64,000 bases of DNA from Phoronis australis (taxonomy: Eukaryota; Animalia; Phoronida): positions 1 through 64,000 of the forward strand of contig NMRA01000576.1 in assembly GCA_002633005.1 (NCBI GenBank), given 5' to 3'. Numbering within the stretch: position 1 is the stretch's first letter; each line of letters starts with the position of its first letter. A program made the position numbers and the translations under genes. Below the pieces are notes generated by a model. That model had not been told where the DNA came from. It did not search any database and saw only the letters and a program-made list of their open reading frames with translations. Below are positions 53,194 to 64,000 of this stretch, piece by piece.

Positions 53194-54725
53194 TTAAGGA
53201 GACTGCCACCCGATTTAATTAGTTTTTTTGCCGTCTTAATCGGTCTATATCCACATCGCCTTGCATACGGTCGACCTTACCTTGCCAAGAGGTGTCGCGT
53301 TAACCTGTGAGGAAGGTGAGAAACTACGCTAGCGACGTCAGTGGTTCATATGCAGAGTGAATGCCGCTATGTTGCGGTGCATCGTTCCCGCTTGTCTGAA
53401 CTAAGCAGCTGCGAGGAAAGCGGGTATATCGTTTTTTTTACTTCCTCGAGAGTCCGAAATGCTTAGGAAGTGGCTCATGGTAGTGAAGAATGAAATGTAC
53501 GCTGTAAATAGCAGGTATGAGGCCGTGAAACATCTCCGTGTCTGTGGTCTGCAGACGTCGACAGTGCCTGACGAATGCCGGCTTACAAAATACTTCCATA
53601 CGTTCCGTTGTCTGAGCTTATTCACGGTACCTCTCTAGTATTTCTTCATCACTGTATTCCTGTTCGAATTGATAGCCTGTAAAACTTAACGATCCACCTG
53701 CGAAGTCGGGAGTGATGAGCTCTAGCTATAGTCCTAAGTCGGGATTGCGAGTTGTCATGTTGGCGTTTATTACTGAGCGTTCTGTTTCAAAATGAATTAT
53801 TCTCACCCTAACCAATACTTATATAAAACTGAAACAAAGTCTGTCTCATTAGAAGCAATTTGTAACACATTTGGAGTGTTCGTGAGTGCAAATGATTTGA
53901 GAAGCCAGCAATGAATAAATCACTGCGTTACCGGCTTTACTTTTTGACGGGACACCGAGGCCGTTTGAGCTCATGCTAATTTATTGTTTGCTTGCAGAAA
54001 CTGTTGTGAAACAACTCTATTTCCATCCCACGGCCAGGTGTTAGGGGAATCTTTATTTACATTTACATTACTCAAATAATGAATGTCAATGTACAACTTC
54101 TGCCCTGACGGTGCTGTGGCCAAAGCGGAACCTGAATTCGCGGCCCCCCGGACGAGTAAGTAGATTTGCAGTTTCGTGGCTAATTCACCAACATAATCAC
54201 GTGCACATTACTTTGGCTCACTAGTGTAGTATTTTCTTGACTGGAAGTTTAGTTTCCACTGAACTTTGGCTGGTCAGTTTCCGAACCACTGGCCGCCGGG
54301 GATAACGAGTCAATCCGGCCGGCCGCGACGGACCTGATCGGGCTCCGAGCCACTGGCCAGGATAACAAGCGTTTTGTGTTTAGAACTAAAAAAATCAAAA
54401 GTCTAAACAACACAAATCAAAGTTCTCGTGTCTGTATCTCACGGAAAATACTTCGAAATTATCTCGGAACAGGCCCCAAACTCCTGCTACGGACCTTATT
54501 GGCCTGCCGAACTTTGTAGGCTACGGTGTGTCCAAATACCAATAAATCTGTAAGAGCGAAATTATAAGAATTAACTCGGTGTATTTTTAAGGGTTTTACA
54601 TCGAAGTTTGATGATTTATTGGTGTTAAAACGATGACTTCAAGCGATAAGCTGACACCAGTAACCCGTACAGACTGCGTGTGAAACCGATGACATCATTG
54701 GATAATTTCAACACCTCAGTCTACC
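53194..54725 (+). mobile_element. Kolobok-like DNA transposon relic with a THAP domain
   Basis: Begins at a TTAA of the repeat core (TTAA-GGAGACTG...CAGTCTACC); from 53369 MLRCIVPACLN*AAARKAGISFFLLPRESEMLRKWL...LRVCGL. Confidence 0.55.
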
Positions 54726-54799
54726 GTCAGGTGTCAGGTAACGCAACCGTACGTGTCGTTATGGAGTAGAACTACTCGATCTAAATTGATACAAATTAG

Positions 54800-56470
54800 G
54801 TTGTTACTTGGCGAAATAAATTTTGCCAAGTATGTTGCTCTGACACTAAGTTTGTTTTTACTTGGCGAAATAAATTTCGCCAAGTATGTTGCTCTTCCAC
54901 TAAGTTTTTTTTTGTTTGTTCGCACGATACAGGTCGCAATTTTCGTCCGATCATCACGAAATTTACACACAACACGTACTTCCGGAAGTACTGGAAGCCT
55001 ATTGTTTTTCGTCAAAATCGGATCCAATATGGCGGCTGTGGCGGCCATTTTGTTTCCATTTAAAGGTTCAAATGCTTCTGGAGGCTACAATTTTTTACGT
55101 AAAAGGCTAAGAATCGGCACAGTAAATGGACCGGGAGTTTGCTACAAGTAGGCCGGAAATTGTTTACTTCCGGTTAAAGATGGCAGAAATATCTGCGATC
55201 GCGCATGCGCACCTCGATTTTGGCCTAAAAACGTTTTCCTCTAGAGGGCGCATTATCAGACCAATTCCTTCAAACTTTTACAGGTATTAGTTTCTTATGA
55301 CATGCTATTATACAAAACCAAAAAACCGGAAGTTGCTTTCAAGATGGCGGATCTGGCTCATGTTGACCCATTTTCAGTCGTGCTGGAGTGCGATTTTAAA
55401 CGGGAAAAGAAAAAGAAGTGATTTTTCGCATGTGGATTCTTTGAAGTATATTCTTTCAAATGGCCTGTAACAATTTTTTTCTCAGACTTACCGTTTTCGA
55501 GTTATTTGACTTTGAATTTCTTAAAAAAATCAAAATTTCATTTTTTTCGAAAAATTTACAGAATTAGGCGATACCATCACTTTAGATAGAATTTTGAACG
55601 GGCTTTCAGAAGATGTTTTCCATTTTTCGCTACGACGTCTACTTTTTGAGTTACTTGAGATTTTCTGATAACGCTGTTCCTTTGTTGATCGCTCTGGCTG
55701 CATGGATGTTGGTTTACCTTCTATGAACTAGACTGTAGCCTATTTCTTATGGATTTATGACATCTAAGTTCATCATATGAATGCTGAGATGTTGTTCATC
55801 ATCGCCACCACCATCATCATATTCGTCATCATCGTCATCATCTCCGTCATCATCTCCGTCTTTGTCTTTTCCGTTAATTTCGCCAAGTGTCGCTCAAGAC
55901 TGTAGCCTTTTTCTTACTGATTTCGGACTTCTACGTTCGTCATGTGTATGTTATTATTACTTCTTTTGTTCATCCTCACCACCAACGTCGTCATATTCGT
56001 CATCTTCATCATCATCTTTATCGTTATCTTTTTGGTTAATTTCGCCAAGGTTCGCTCCTCGGAGCGCTTTCATTTTTGTTTGTTCGCACGATACAGGTCG
56101 CAATTTTCGTCCGATCATCACGAAATTTACACATAGCACGTAGTTCTGGAAGTACTGGAAGCCTATTGTTTTTCGTCAAAACGCGCAGAGTAAAAATTCG
56201 TAGAACAGTAAAACTCTGCGCTTGCACGCGCAGCAATAATAAGAAGATAAAATACGTAGAACAGTAAAACTCTGCGCTTGAACGCGCAGAGTAATAATAA
56301 GAACTAGAATGCAATTGCATATGCGCACTTACAACTATGCGCGTGGTGAACAAGAAGAATCAGAATAAGAATATGAAGGTAAAATACGTAGAACAGTAAA
56401 ACTCTGCACTGAATGCGCAGAGTAATAAGAATAAAATTGAAGAAAACCCATGCAGGAACAACAGTACTCT
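54800..56470. repeat. DINE/HINE-like module cluster with duplicated hairpin heads and (TCA)n low-complexity tracts
   Basis: TACTTGGCGAAATAAATTTCGCCAAGTA hairpin twice (about 54804 and 54859); 54912-55018 repeated at 56077-56180; 56180-56470 matches 50500-50625. Confidence 0.75.
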
Positions 56471-56494
56471 GAGTAAAAACTTGTAACGAAATGA

Positions 56495-56680
56495 AACCAT
56501 TAATTTTGGCGGCGACAGGCCCGCTGAATTATATAAGCAACAGAAGCCGGAGGGAGTGAAATTAAGCCGGCGGAGTGACGTCACCCAGGCCGTTGAGCCG
56601 ACGGACTGTCGTCACCAAGGCCAGTACGAAATTGGCCACCCTCTCTCCGCGTCCGCTATAAAACGGCCCGCGAGAAAAAA
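56495..56680. repeat. Dispersed repeat, paralogous to 47130-47275
   Basis: Shared CATTAATTTTGGC, CAGAAGCCGGAGGGAGTGA, GACGTCACCCAGGCC and CGTCACCAAGGCCAGTACGAAA. Confidence 0.8.
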
Positions 56681-57354
56681 ACAGAACACCTCGAATCCAA
56701 ATAGGGGGCCAGTGCAATACCTGGGACCAAGGCTGCTCCGAAACGGGTGGAACGAAGGTCTGTAGTGGAGGGGGGAGACGGAGTTTGTGCAAACGATGCA
56801 TTTTGTATGATAGATAATAAGATACTGAACGAGAAACATTGCAATGAATCGACCTTTCTCGACTCGCTTCGGCTTTGGAACTACTTTCTATGTCAAAGGC
56901 CCAGGGTCGGAGGTCGTGACCTATTAAGAAAAGCCGAGCTATTTTTGTCAAATAATGCTTTTACTCAAAACCAATTGAAAACTAAAACAAAATATAAATA
57001 AAGTGAATCTATAAATTAAGGTTTAGCAACTATTATAACTTACTACACATTTTATCACGCTAAGCTTCGACCAGGAAAATATCGTCTACTAAAGTAGGTT
57101 ACCTCTAGTAACTGGCTATAATGCTCAAGTCAAAGGATCCCGACGACACGATACCCGCATTCAAATTCGAGATCGGTGATTTACAAGTGAGGGAACACGA
57201 GAGAAAAATTTCACTGAATTAAAATATCGTTTTTATGGAAATTATGCGTCTTATTTTTCATAGCGTATAATTGTCGGTGCAATGCCCTTTGCTGAACATG
57301 CGATTGTAGCGCGTGCTCATTTTAATACTCTATTTTCACGTTCGATGACGTCAG

Positions 57355-57428
57355 CCGCTGAGTTGTTTAGTTGTAAAGTCGGCGACTCGAAGCTCTTGAG
57401 GCCCGGGTTCGAATCCGGCCTCGGTTTC
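57355..57428 (+). mobile_element. tRNA-like SINE head or tRNA pseudogene
   Basis: Perfect B box GGTTCGAATCC in a T-arm-like stem, degenerate A box, weak acceptor pairing GCTGAG/CTCGGT. Confidence 0.5.
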
Positions 57429-59153
57429 AAGCCAAAATGTTTTCTCACTAATGAGATAAATTTATGGGTTATTACACTGTTGTATCTGCCAGTCGAGGCT
57501 AATATTGTGGTATAAATAGAAATATGCTTGAAGTCATTGACACATTTATTTTAATGACGTAGTCAATTCCCACCACCACGTGGATCAGCAAAAGCAGATA
57601 ATGCTGTTTGATAGACCTGAACGTTATGTGAACACTTAAATTACAAAGCAGGTACTGTATCACTGTTTTTGGAGTCGCATGTAGGCAACTAGTGATCAAG
57701 TGTTGTTGGTTCCCTTATATAAAAGTAAAATGTCAGACTTATATACTGTACGGTAAACGGATAATAAGAAAAATATCGTCACGCCATGTTGTATTGACTA
57801 CAGTCTATGTCCACCTCAAGCTACTGTACAAAAGTAACTTTAAAAATAGTGTCAAGTTTTCACTGAAGCAGTGATAGCTTCTTTTTGGTAGATCAGTTAA
57901 CACTTGTTGCCACTGTAAGACCACTGCCCTCAAGGCAATGGACTGGGTGGCCCCCTGGAAGTCAAGTTTGTACACGCTTGTACTTCTCTCAAGTATCTGC
58001 TAATTATGGACGCCAGTGGCAATGGAGTATAGACCTTTCTTAATCTTTGAACGCATACTTCTTAGATTTCTTATTGAAGTACCTGTGTAGCCTCTACGTG
58101 TCAACGATTGTGAATAGTTGGAATAAAATTGAGCACTGAAACACTAAAACCAAAGATACATTGCAAAGAAAACCACCAGTGGGTACAAGTAGGCCTAATG
58201 ATAAGCGTACCTATGCCACTGACTGAATGCTAGTATCAACAAGTGTGAGAGTTTGCAAATTAGAAAGATGATGCAAGAACTAATGCACATATTGCCATTT
58301 GGCATCACAAATGTTGATGGCCATTGCAAAACACTTCGTGGTTTACATGGACCTAGAGCTCTAAGACTGGAAATTTAACCCAAGGCAACATGGTTATGTA
58401 CCAAGTGCTACTCAGCAGCCGTTGCATGAATATAAAGCTACCACATAACTGGTTTTTCAAGCTCAAACAAAGTTCATACTACCATCACCCACCTATCAGT
58501 AAGCAATAAGAAACAAACATTCACAGACGATAGAGTTGCGTTGTTTCAGAACAATTACTGTGGCTAGAAAACCCAGTTCTATATCCATGCAGCTTAACTT
58601 TTGATTTTAACCACTTACCAGCATTAAATTGACCTCGGCTTTTTCCTTATTCAGATGAGAAATAATTTTTGGTCTTGCAAAGAAGTGGCAGTTCCTTTTG
58701 GTTAGTGCGTTTTGAGCATGTAAAAGGGGGCGCACGCGCACTTGCTGTGCGAGTTCTTTATGAAGTCATTTGATGAATTATATGACATGTTACCCCACTA
58801 AGCACAGAAGAGTGGTGTCCATGGATCTAGTCAAGAGTAAAAGAATCCGGAAGAACTCGTCGTTCCGTCAGTATTGTAACAGTAAAGGCGAAACATTGTT
58901 ACGTTAGCATGTGGTTTGTTTACAATCCACAATGCCTTCATTAATTAATACGTGTTGTAGTGGTAAAATTAGAGGTAGTAGGCGTCCAAAGCCCACCGTA
59001 TCACCTTAAGCACTGAACGTAACTTACGGTGCGTAGGCGCTACGTTCAAATGTCAAAAGATGACTGGCTGCGCCTACGTGCGCCTACGCCTCACTACAGC
59101 ACTGTAATTACAGGATCCTTTGAAATTAGACGTTCTTTTTTCTCTTTTGTTAG

Positions 59154-59752
59154 TAATCTGAGGACCAACGTGAATGAGGAAAGAAGACGTTTGCTCAAAC
59201 TGAAAACTGTTGGGAACGTGAACATTGCTGTTTTTGGACCTAAAGGTGTGGGGAAAAGCTCACTCATCAATGGCATCATCGCTGCAGTGACACAGGAAGG
59301 TTATCGCGAAATTACAACCACTGGACTCATGGAGAACACTAATGCTGTAACACAATGTTTCCAAGGGTTTACTCGCTGTGGAACTGATCGTCGTGAAGAC
59401 CTGAGAGAAAATGAAGAATTACTGCATGAAATGAAGAATTTACCACGGTTGATCGACATACCAGGTTTCTCAGAAGAAAATAGTCCAGCCTACCAAGAGT
59501 TACTCAAAGCGGTGTTGTTTGGTCGAATTAAAGACGGCGATTCGCTCCGTGAGGCGATCGAAGATGCTGGGACAGATCCAGATAACAGGCGGGCAATATT
59601 GGATCGTTTCCCCGTTGAAGAGGCAGGTGAAGAGTGGAAGGCACATCGACTTGTTTTTGTTGCTTCTACTGTTGGTGGCTTTCCCGAAAGTTTGATTCAG
59701 CTGGTAAACAATGTAGCGACATCTAGAGGCGAATGCCGCATGAGCCAACCCG
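59154..59752 (+). CDS. IFI44-like P-loop GTPase, internal exon (G1-G3)
   Basis: Polypyrimidine + TTAG| acceptor, CCG|GTAAGT donor; NIAVFGPKGVGKSSLINGI (G1), LIDIPGF (G3), AHRLVFVAS. Confidence 0.85.
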
Positions 59753-62700
59753 GTAAGTTGATAGTTTTGCTTATAATTATAGGAATTGAGCTGGTTGCAA
59801 CAGAATAAAGATTAACAGCACACAAAGTTTGGATAGTTGGAAATGTTCTTCAAAGAAATTGCTTATTAAACATGACATTTGATCTTATTACGATACCACG
59901 CCAAATATTATTAAATGGACTAGCGGTAGTGCTTTCGACCTGACAGAGTTGCATTTTTTCCAACTGTCGAATCAAAGTCCTGCCATTCATAAGCGGTTAC
60001 AGTATTTACTTCAATAAAATTTAATACCATAACCTCTTAGTGTACTGACAGGTCACGTGATTTTCTATTTTGTAAATCATAGTACGTCACAGTTGCTTCT
60101 TTAAAGTTCTTCTCTCACGCGTTGTTAACCCTTATTACATGGTTAGAGGATGTTATAAGGATCCAAGAAGTATCTACCCCATAACTAATACACGATCCGT
60201 ACTCGAAAAAAGTTTAAATGAACGCGCCACTCACGATTCGCACCCGAAGAACCACCGCCATTTTGAACTTGCTGCGAACGCGGAAGTACAATGCATTCAG
60301 GAACCCAGGCCGAGAAAACGCCGTCAGTGCGACTGGAGCAGTGCCTGTACTGTTACCAGCCAGCAAACGGGGATAAAATAATCGACAGCGAGCCTTAATT
60401 TTAATAAAATCAAAATACAGACAATTTTACCGAATTTGCTGAAGAAATGTGGCGAATAAATTTTGACAGAAATTATTTTGCCAGACTCGGGATCGCAGCC
60501 TATCAGACCCGGTGCGGATCGAGACCAGACACTGGCGAACGGTAGGCTAAATGCATGCGGGTGCAAGCTGTTTTGTCGAAGTAAAATGGTCAAATCATAA
60601 ATGCTGCATATATTCAAGGGTAGTTTCAGAAACTTGCATGAAATTACGGGCTGGTTAGTCCTGTGTCACACTGCCGCGGCAGACCTTAGTTAGCCTCAGT
60701 CACCAGCTACCAGTGAAGACTATCGTCAAAATACAGCTTGTTAGTAGGCCTATACAGCTTTGCGCCAAGGCTACCCTTAGGCCTAACTGGTCGCTGGCCA
60801 CAGCGCTCGCTCAAACGAGGTTTACTTAGAACTTGGGTACTTCTGGCGAACTGTGCAAAGTTGTTGGCTTTCAATAGAGATTTTCCCAGACTTTGTATGA
60901 GCGCACCAAGCCTAAAAGAATGGGGGGCTGGAATTTTTGGGAATGTCTATCTTTTACTATACGATTCAGTGGGTATGTTCAGAGCTATGAATTGCAGACT
61001 CTAAATTTTGGTACTTCCTGTCTTCTAGTGGAATATTGTCTCATTTTCTATTTTTTCGGAATTCGTGCTTCTGTGACTGAGGCAGACCCTTTTCCAGTTC
61101 TCCAAAAAGGGGGCTCGTTCGAGCACATAAGTATGAGAAGTCCAATACAACATGTTATCATTTTTTATTCATTAACCCAAAATGATTCAAACTTTTAACA
61201 TAATAAGTAACTTAAAATGCACAATACTTTACAACATTTAGCATTGCAAACACTATTCAACAGCAACAGTTTCAATTATATGAAAGTGGACATACATGTA
61301 ACTATTACCATGGTGACGGAATAGTGTTTCCTTACACCAGAATTTGACAAGCATCATTGAAAAAATATGAAGTTGCAAGTAACAAGAATTAGAGGCTTGA
61401 AGCTTCACAATCCAACATAGCTTATTTCTCAAATTAAGATTATTCATATTGTTAACTTGATAACCTGAATTAAGAAGCAATAAGTTACAAAACATGACTT
61501 GAAAGCAATTGAGACTTCAAATTTAGAAAAATATGAATCATTTTGTGACACCGAATCAAGTCTTGAAAAGGAGTTACAGTCAAACAAAAAACATTTCAAA
61601 ATTATTTCAACTATTTTTTAGCTTAGTGTAAGATCACCTGAATGTTTTTGCACAAAAAACACGAAAATTGAACAAATTTTCTTTTTTGTAGCAACGTTTG
61701 TCAAAATGTTTCAACGTTAAATCTTCACAAGTTACAAAGTAGCCGATTGAACATGCCTTTCAGTTCAGCAAAAGTCGCCATGTTGTCGGTGCCGCCAGAA
61801 ATGAGACGAAGTCCAACGGGAATTGTGAGCACATTTATCACTTAATGAGTAACAACTGCGAGGCTGAAATTTAGTGAACACTGTTAAATCGTGCAGAATA
61901 GTAAGTAAAGATATGTCTAACTAAATTTCACCGTCATTTGTTGGCGAAAACAATTTACACAAAGTTTTAAACTCGTAACTTTTCCCGCTGTCCTCCAATA
62001 TGGCCGACGCGATCCAAACAAAGTGACTCAAATTTCGACACAAAACTTGCAATAACTTTACACTGCTTGCCCTGATTCTGATACTTTTTCGATTTTTACT
62101 GAGTAGAATGCACTACCTTTCCGATGATAGCAAAGTACTTTTTCAAAACGATAAAAAATAAAACCGAAAAAAATAGGTTCGACCCAAATTGGTTCCTAGG
62201 TTCGACCGGCCTACGTAAGGAACTAAACACCAATGCTATTTTAACATACTAAGTACGCGTAACATTCCAAAAAACATCAACGACCACTAACTACAAACTA
62301 TAAATACACTACACATGCAAACGAATCACGAGATATTACTAAGAAAACAAAATAATGAAGACTTTTCGAGCAAGCGGTAGCACATTCAGTTACAAGGAAA
62401 AAATGGCGGCTTTCAGGACAAGTTCCTGAACTGATGAGCCGGAAATGTGGGTACAGAAATAACCGATGACAACCGGTAATCATACGCTCAGAGAGAAGGG
62501 TCAAATACTGTTCAAAAATCGCTTTTGGCAAGAAAGGCGAAAAGAATATAAAGAAAGGGTGTCGAAAATAAGATTTTATGTGGTAAGTATTTTCTGATAC
62601 TGGAACCACATGGGCAGTTCGAGAGAAGGACTTTAAACAGAATCTGAAGGTGGTCTTATGGGGTAGTGAATTTCAATATGGCGAGACTATCTCGAAATTC

Positions 62701-63267
62701 AGCTAATTTATGAATGCAGAAGTTTTCGCACATTTCTGTTTATTATTTAGCATTCCAGTGATGAACAACGCAATCTGAACGTCGAAAGAACTTTTACTCT
62801 TTTTTTTTTCAAGACCTCACTTTTATTAGGGCTATGCGATACAGGGCATTGCTTTTAAGGTTACCTACATGACAGCAGGCTGGACGTGGATTGTGCAGTT
62901 GGAAATAACGAAACTTCAGCTGGTCAAAAACAGTATACAGTCGTTTATTCAATACTACATGTATTTATGTACAAGCAAGACTGTAATCAGCGTATTATGA
63001 TAGTCGGTCCTGCATGTAGATATTTGTACATACTGAGCGATTGCATTTAACGTCAGATCTTTGGGCTGACGGCGATTGTACCCGGCAATACACACGTTGT
63101 ATGGTGTAGTGGATCTCTAATATAATGTTCATTAATATTAGAGACAAACTAGCTCGCAATTGAATATTTATCCAAGAATAGTAATTTACCATGCACCAGT
63201 AAGTATGCATGTGGAGTAATTGTATAAGAATTTATTTCAAATAAACTAGTATGGCTTTCTGTTGTAG

Positions 63268-63752
63268 ATGTTCCAGTGTTTCTTGTCATCACCAAAACCG
63301 ACCTTAAAGAAAGCACAACGGAATACGAGAAGAAAAAAACGAAATTGGTTAAGGGGCTCGGCTTAGATGGTAGCGAAGACTTGAAATGTTTTGAAATCAC
63401 AAATTACACAAGCGCAAATGCCCCGGAGCGTTTCGATCGCAATTACCCTGAAATCGACATCAATATTTTAAAATTTCTTAGAAAAGTCTCTAATCCTATG
63501 TACCAAGTTACAGAACCAAACAACTTTTTCCACCAGGACCCTGACGGGGGATGGTTGTTGAGGTCAGTTAAACGCGCCTGGGAAACATTGCAGCGTCACC
63601 AACGGAAAATTTTGATTTTTCTTTTGATTGCGCTGGTTGCGGTGTGTTTGTTATTCACTTTATTCCAAATGAAACCAGGCGAGTGGCTAATTGTTTTTAT
63701 TACAACCATGGTCGTAGCAGTTTCCGGAGCACTGGTGGTGATGAGACTATGA
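63268..63752 (+). CDS. IFI44-like GTPase, last exon (G4, G5-like) with two C-terminal transmembrane helices
   Basis: TTTCTGTTGTAG| acceptor in phase 1 joins to give ..QPDVPVFLVITKTD (G4); CFEITNY and IDINILKFLRKV; hydrophobic ILIFLLIALVAVCLLFTLF and WLIVFITTMVVAVSGALVVM; stop at 63750-63752. Confidence 0.85.
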
Positions 63753-64000
63753 AGAGTTTGGAGTGTACCACTACACGTTTTTGGCCTTTGATAAAACAGA
63801 ACAAATCACGAGACCATTCATTGTTCGACATGTATACATACATACTCCCTCAGGCGTTTTGACGAACTTCAGTCAAGCATCATCAATAACTGGTTCCATA
63901 ACCAAATCACGTGTGCATCCAGCCTAAAATATAGGGGGTTCGACTTTTTGACAATGTGTACCCTTTACTAACAAAAAAGCGGGGGACTAAAAAAACGGGG

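Noticed and set aside
55781-56143. Ser-rich or Asp-rich ORFs
   Set aside because: Translations of (TCA)n low-complexity tracts within a repeat element
57355-57428. Functional tRNA gene
   Set aside because: The D arm and anticodon arm do not pair convincingly; better explained as a SINE head or pseudogene
59029-59153. N-terminus of the 259-aa ORF (MRRRYVQ...)
   Set aside because: GTG start inside a small palindromic repeat (GCGTAGGCGC/GCGCCTACGC) and a polypyrimidine tract, so intronic read-through

Overview
AT-rich (roughly 38% GC by eye), intron-containing, repeat-dense animal DNA, probably from a marine invertebrate; it is not prokaryotic. Most of the window is decayed transposable elements. 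These include two Tx1/L1-clade LINEs, a CR1/L2-like LINE, an RTE-like 3' end, two Penelope-like GIY-YIG fragments with hammerhead-like motifs, pogo, Harbinger, THAP/Kolobok-like and BEL relics, several MITEs, and Helentron-associated (HINE/DINE-like) elements. A ~1.46-kb tandem repeat arranged as a ~2.93-kb A/B higher-order unit carries nested insertions. Host coding exons are few: (i) a two-exon IFI44-like P-loop GTPase segment with a C-terminal double transmembrane anchor (59154-63752); (ii) a transmembrane + coiled-coil exon (34013-34680) followed by two phase-compatible exons encoding a TIR/SEFIR-like alpha/beta domain with one in-frame stop (40538-41846); (iii) a possible first exon on the minus strand at 535-624. 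The best candidate for something new is (i)+(ii) as a membrane-anchored innate-immunity locus. All family assignments come from motif recognition by eye, without database searches.
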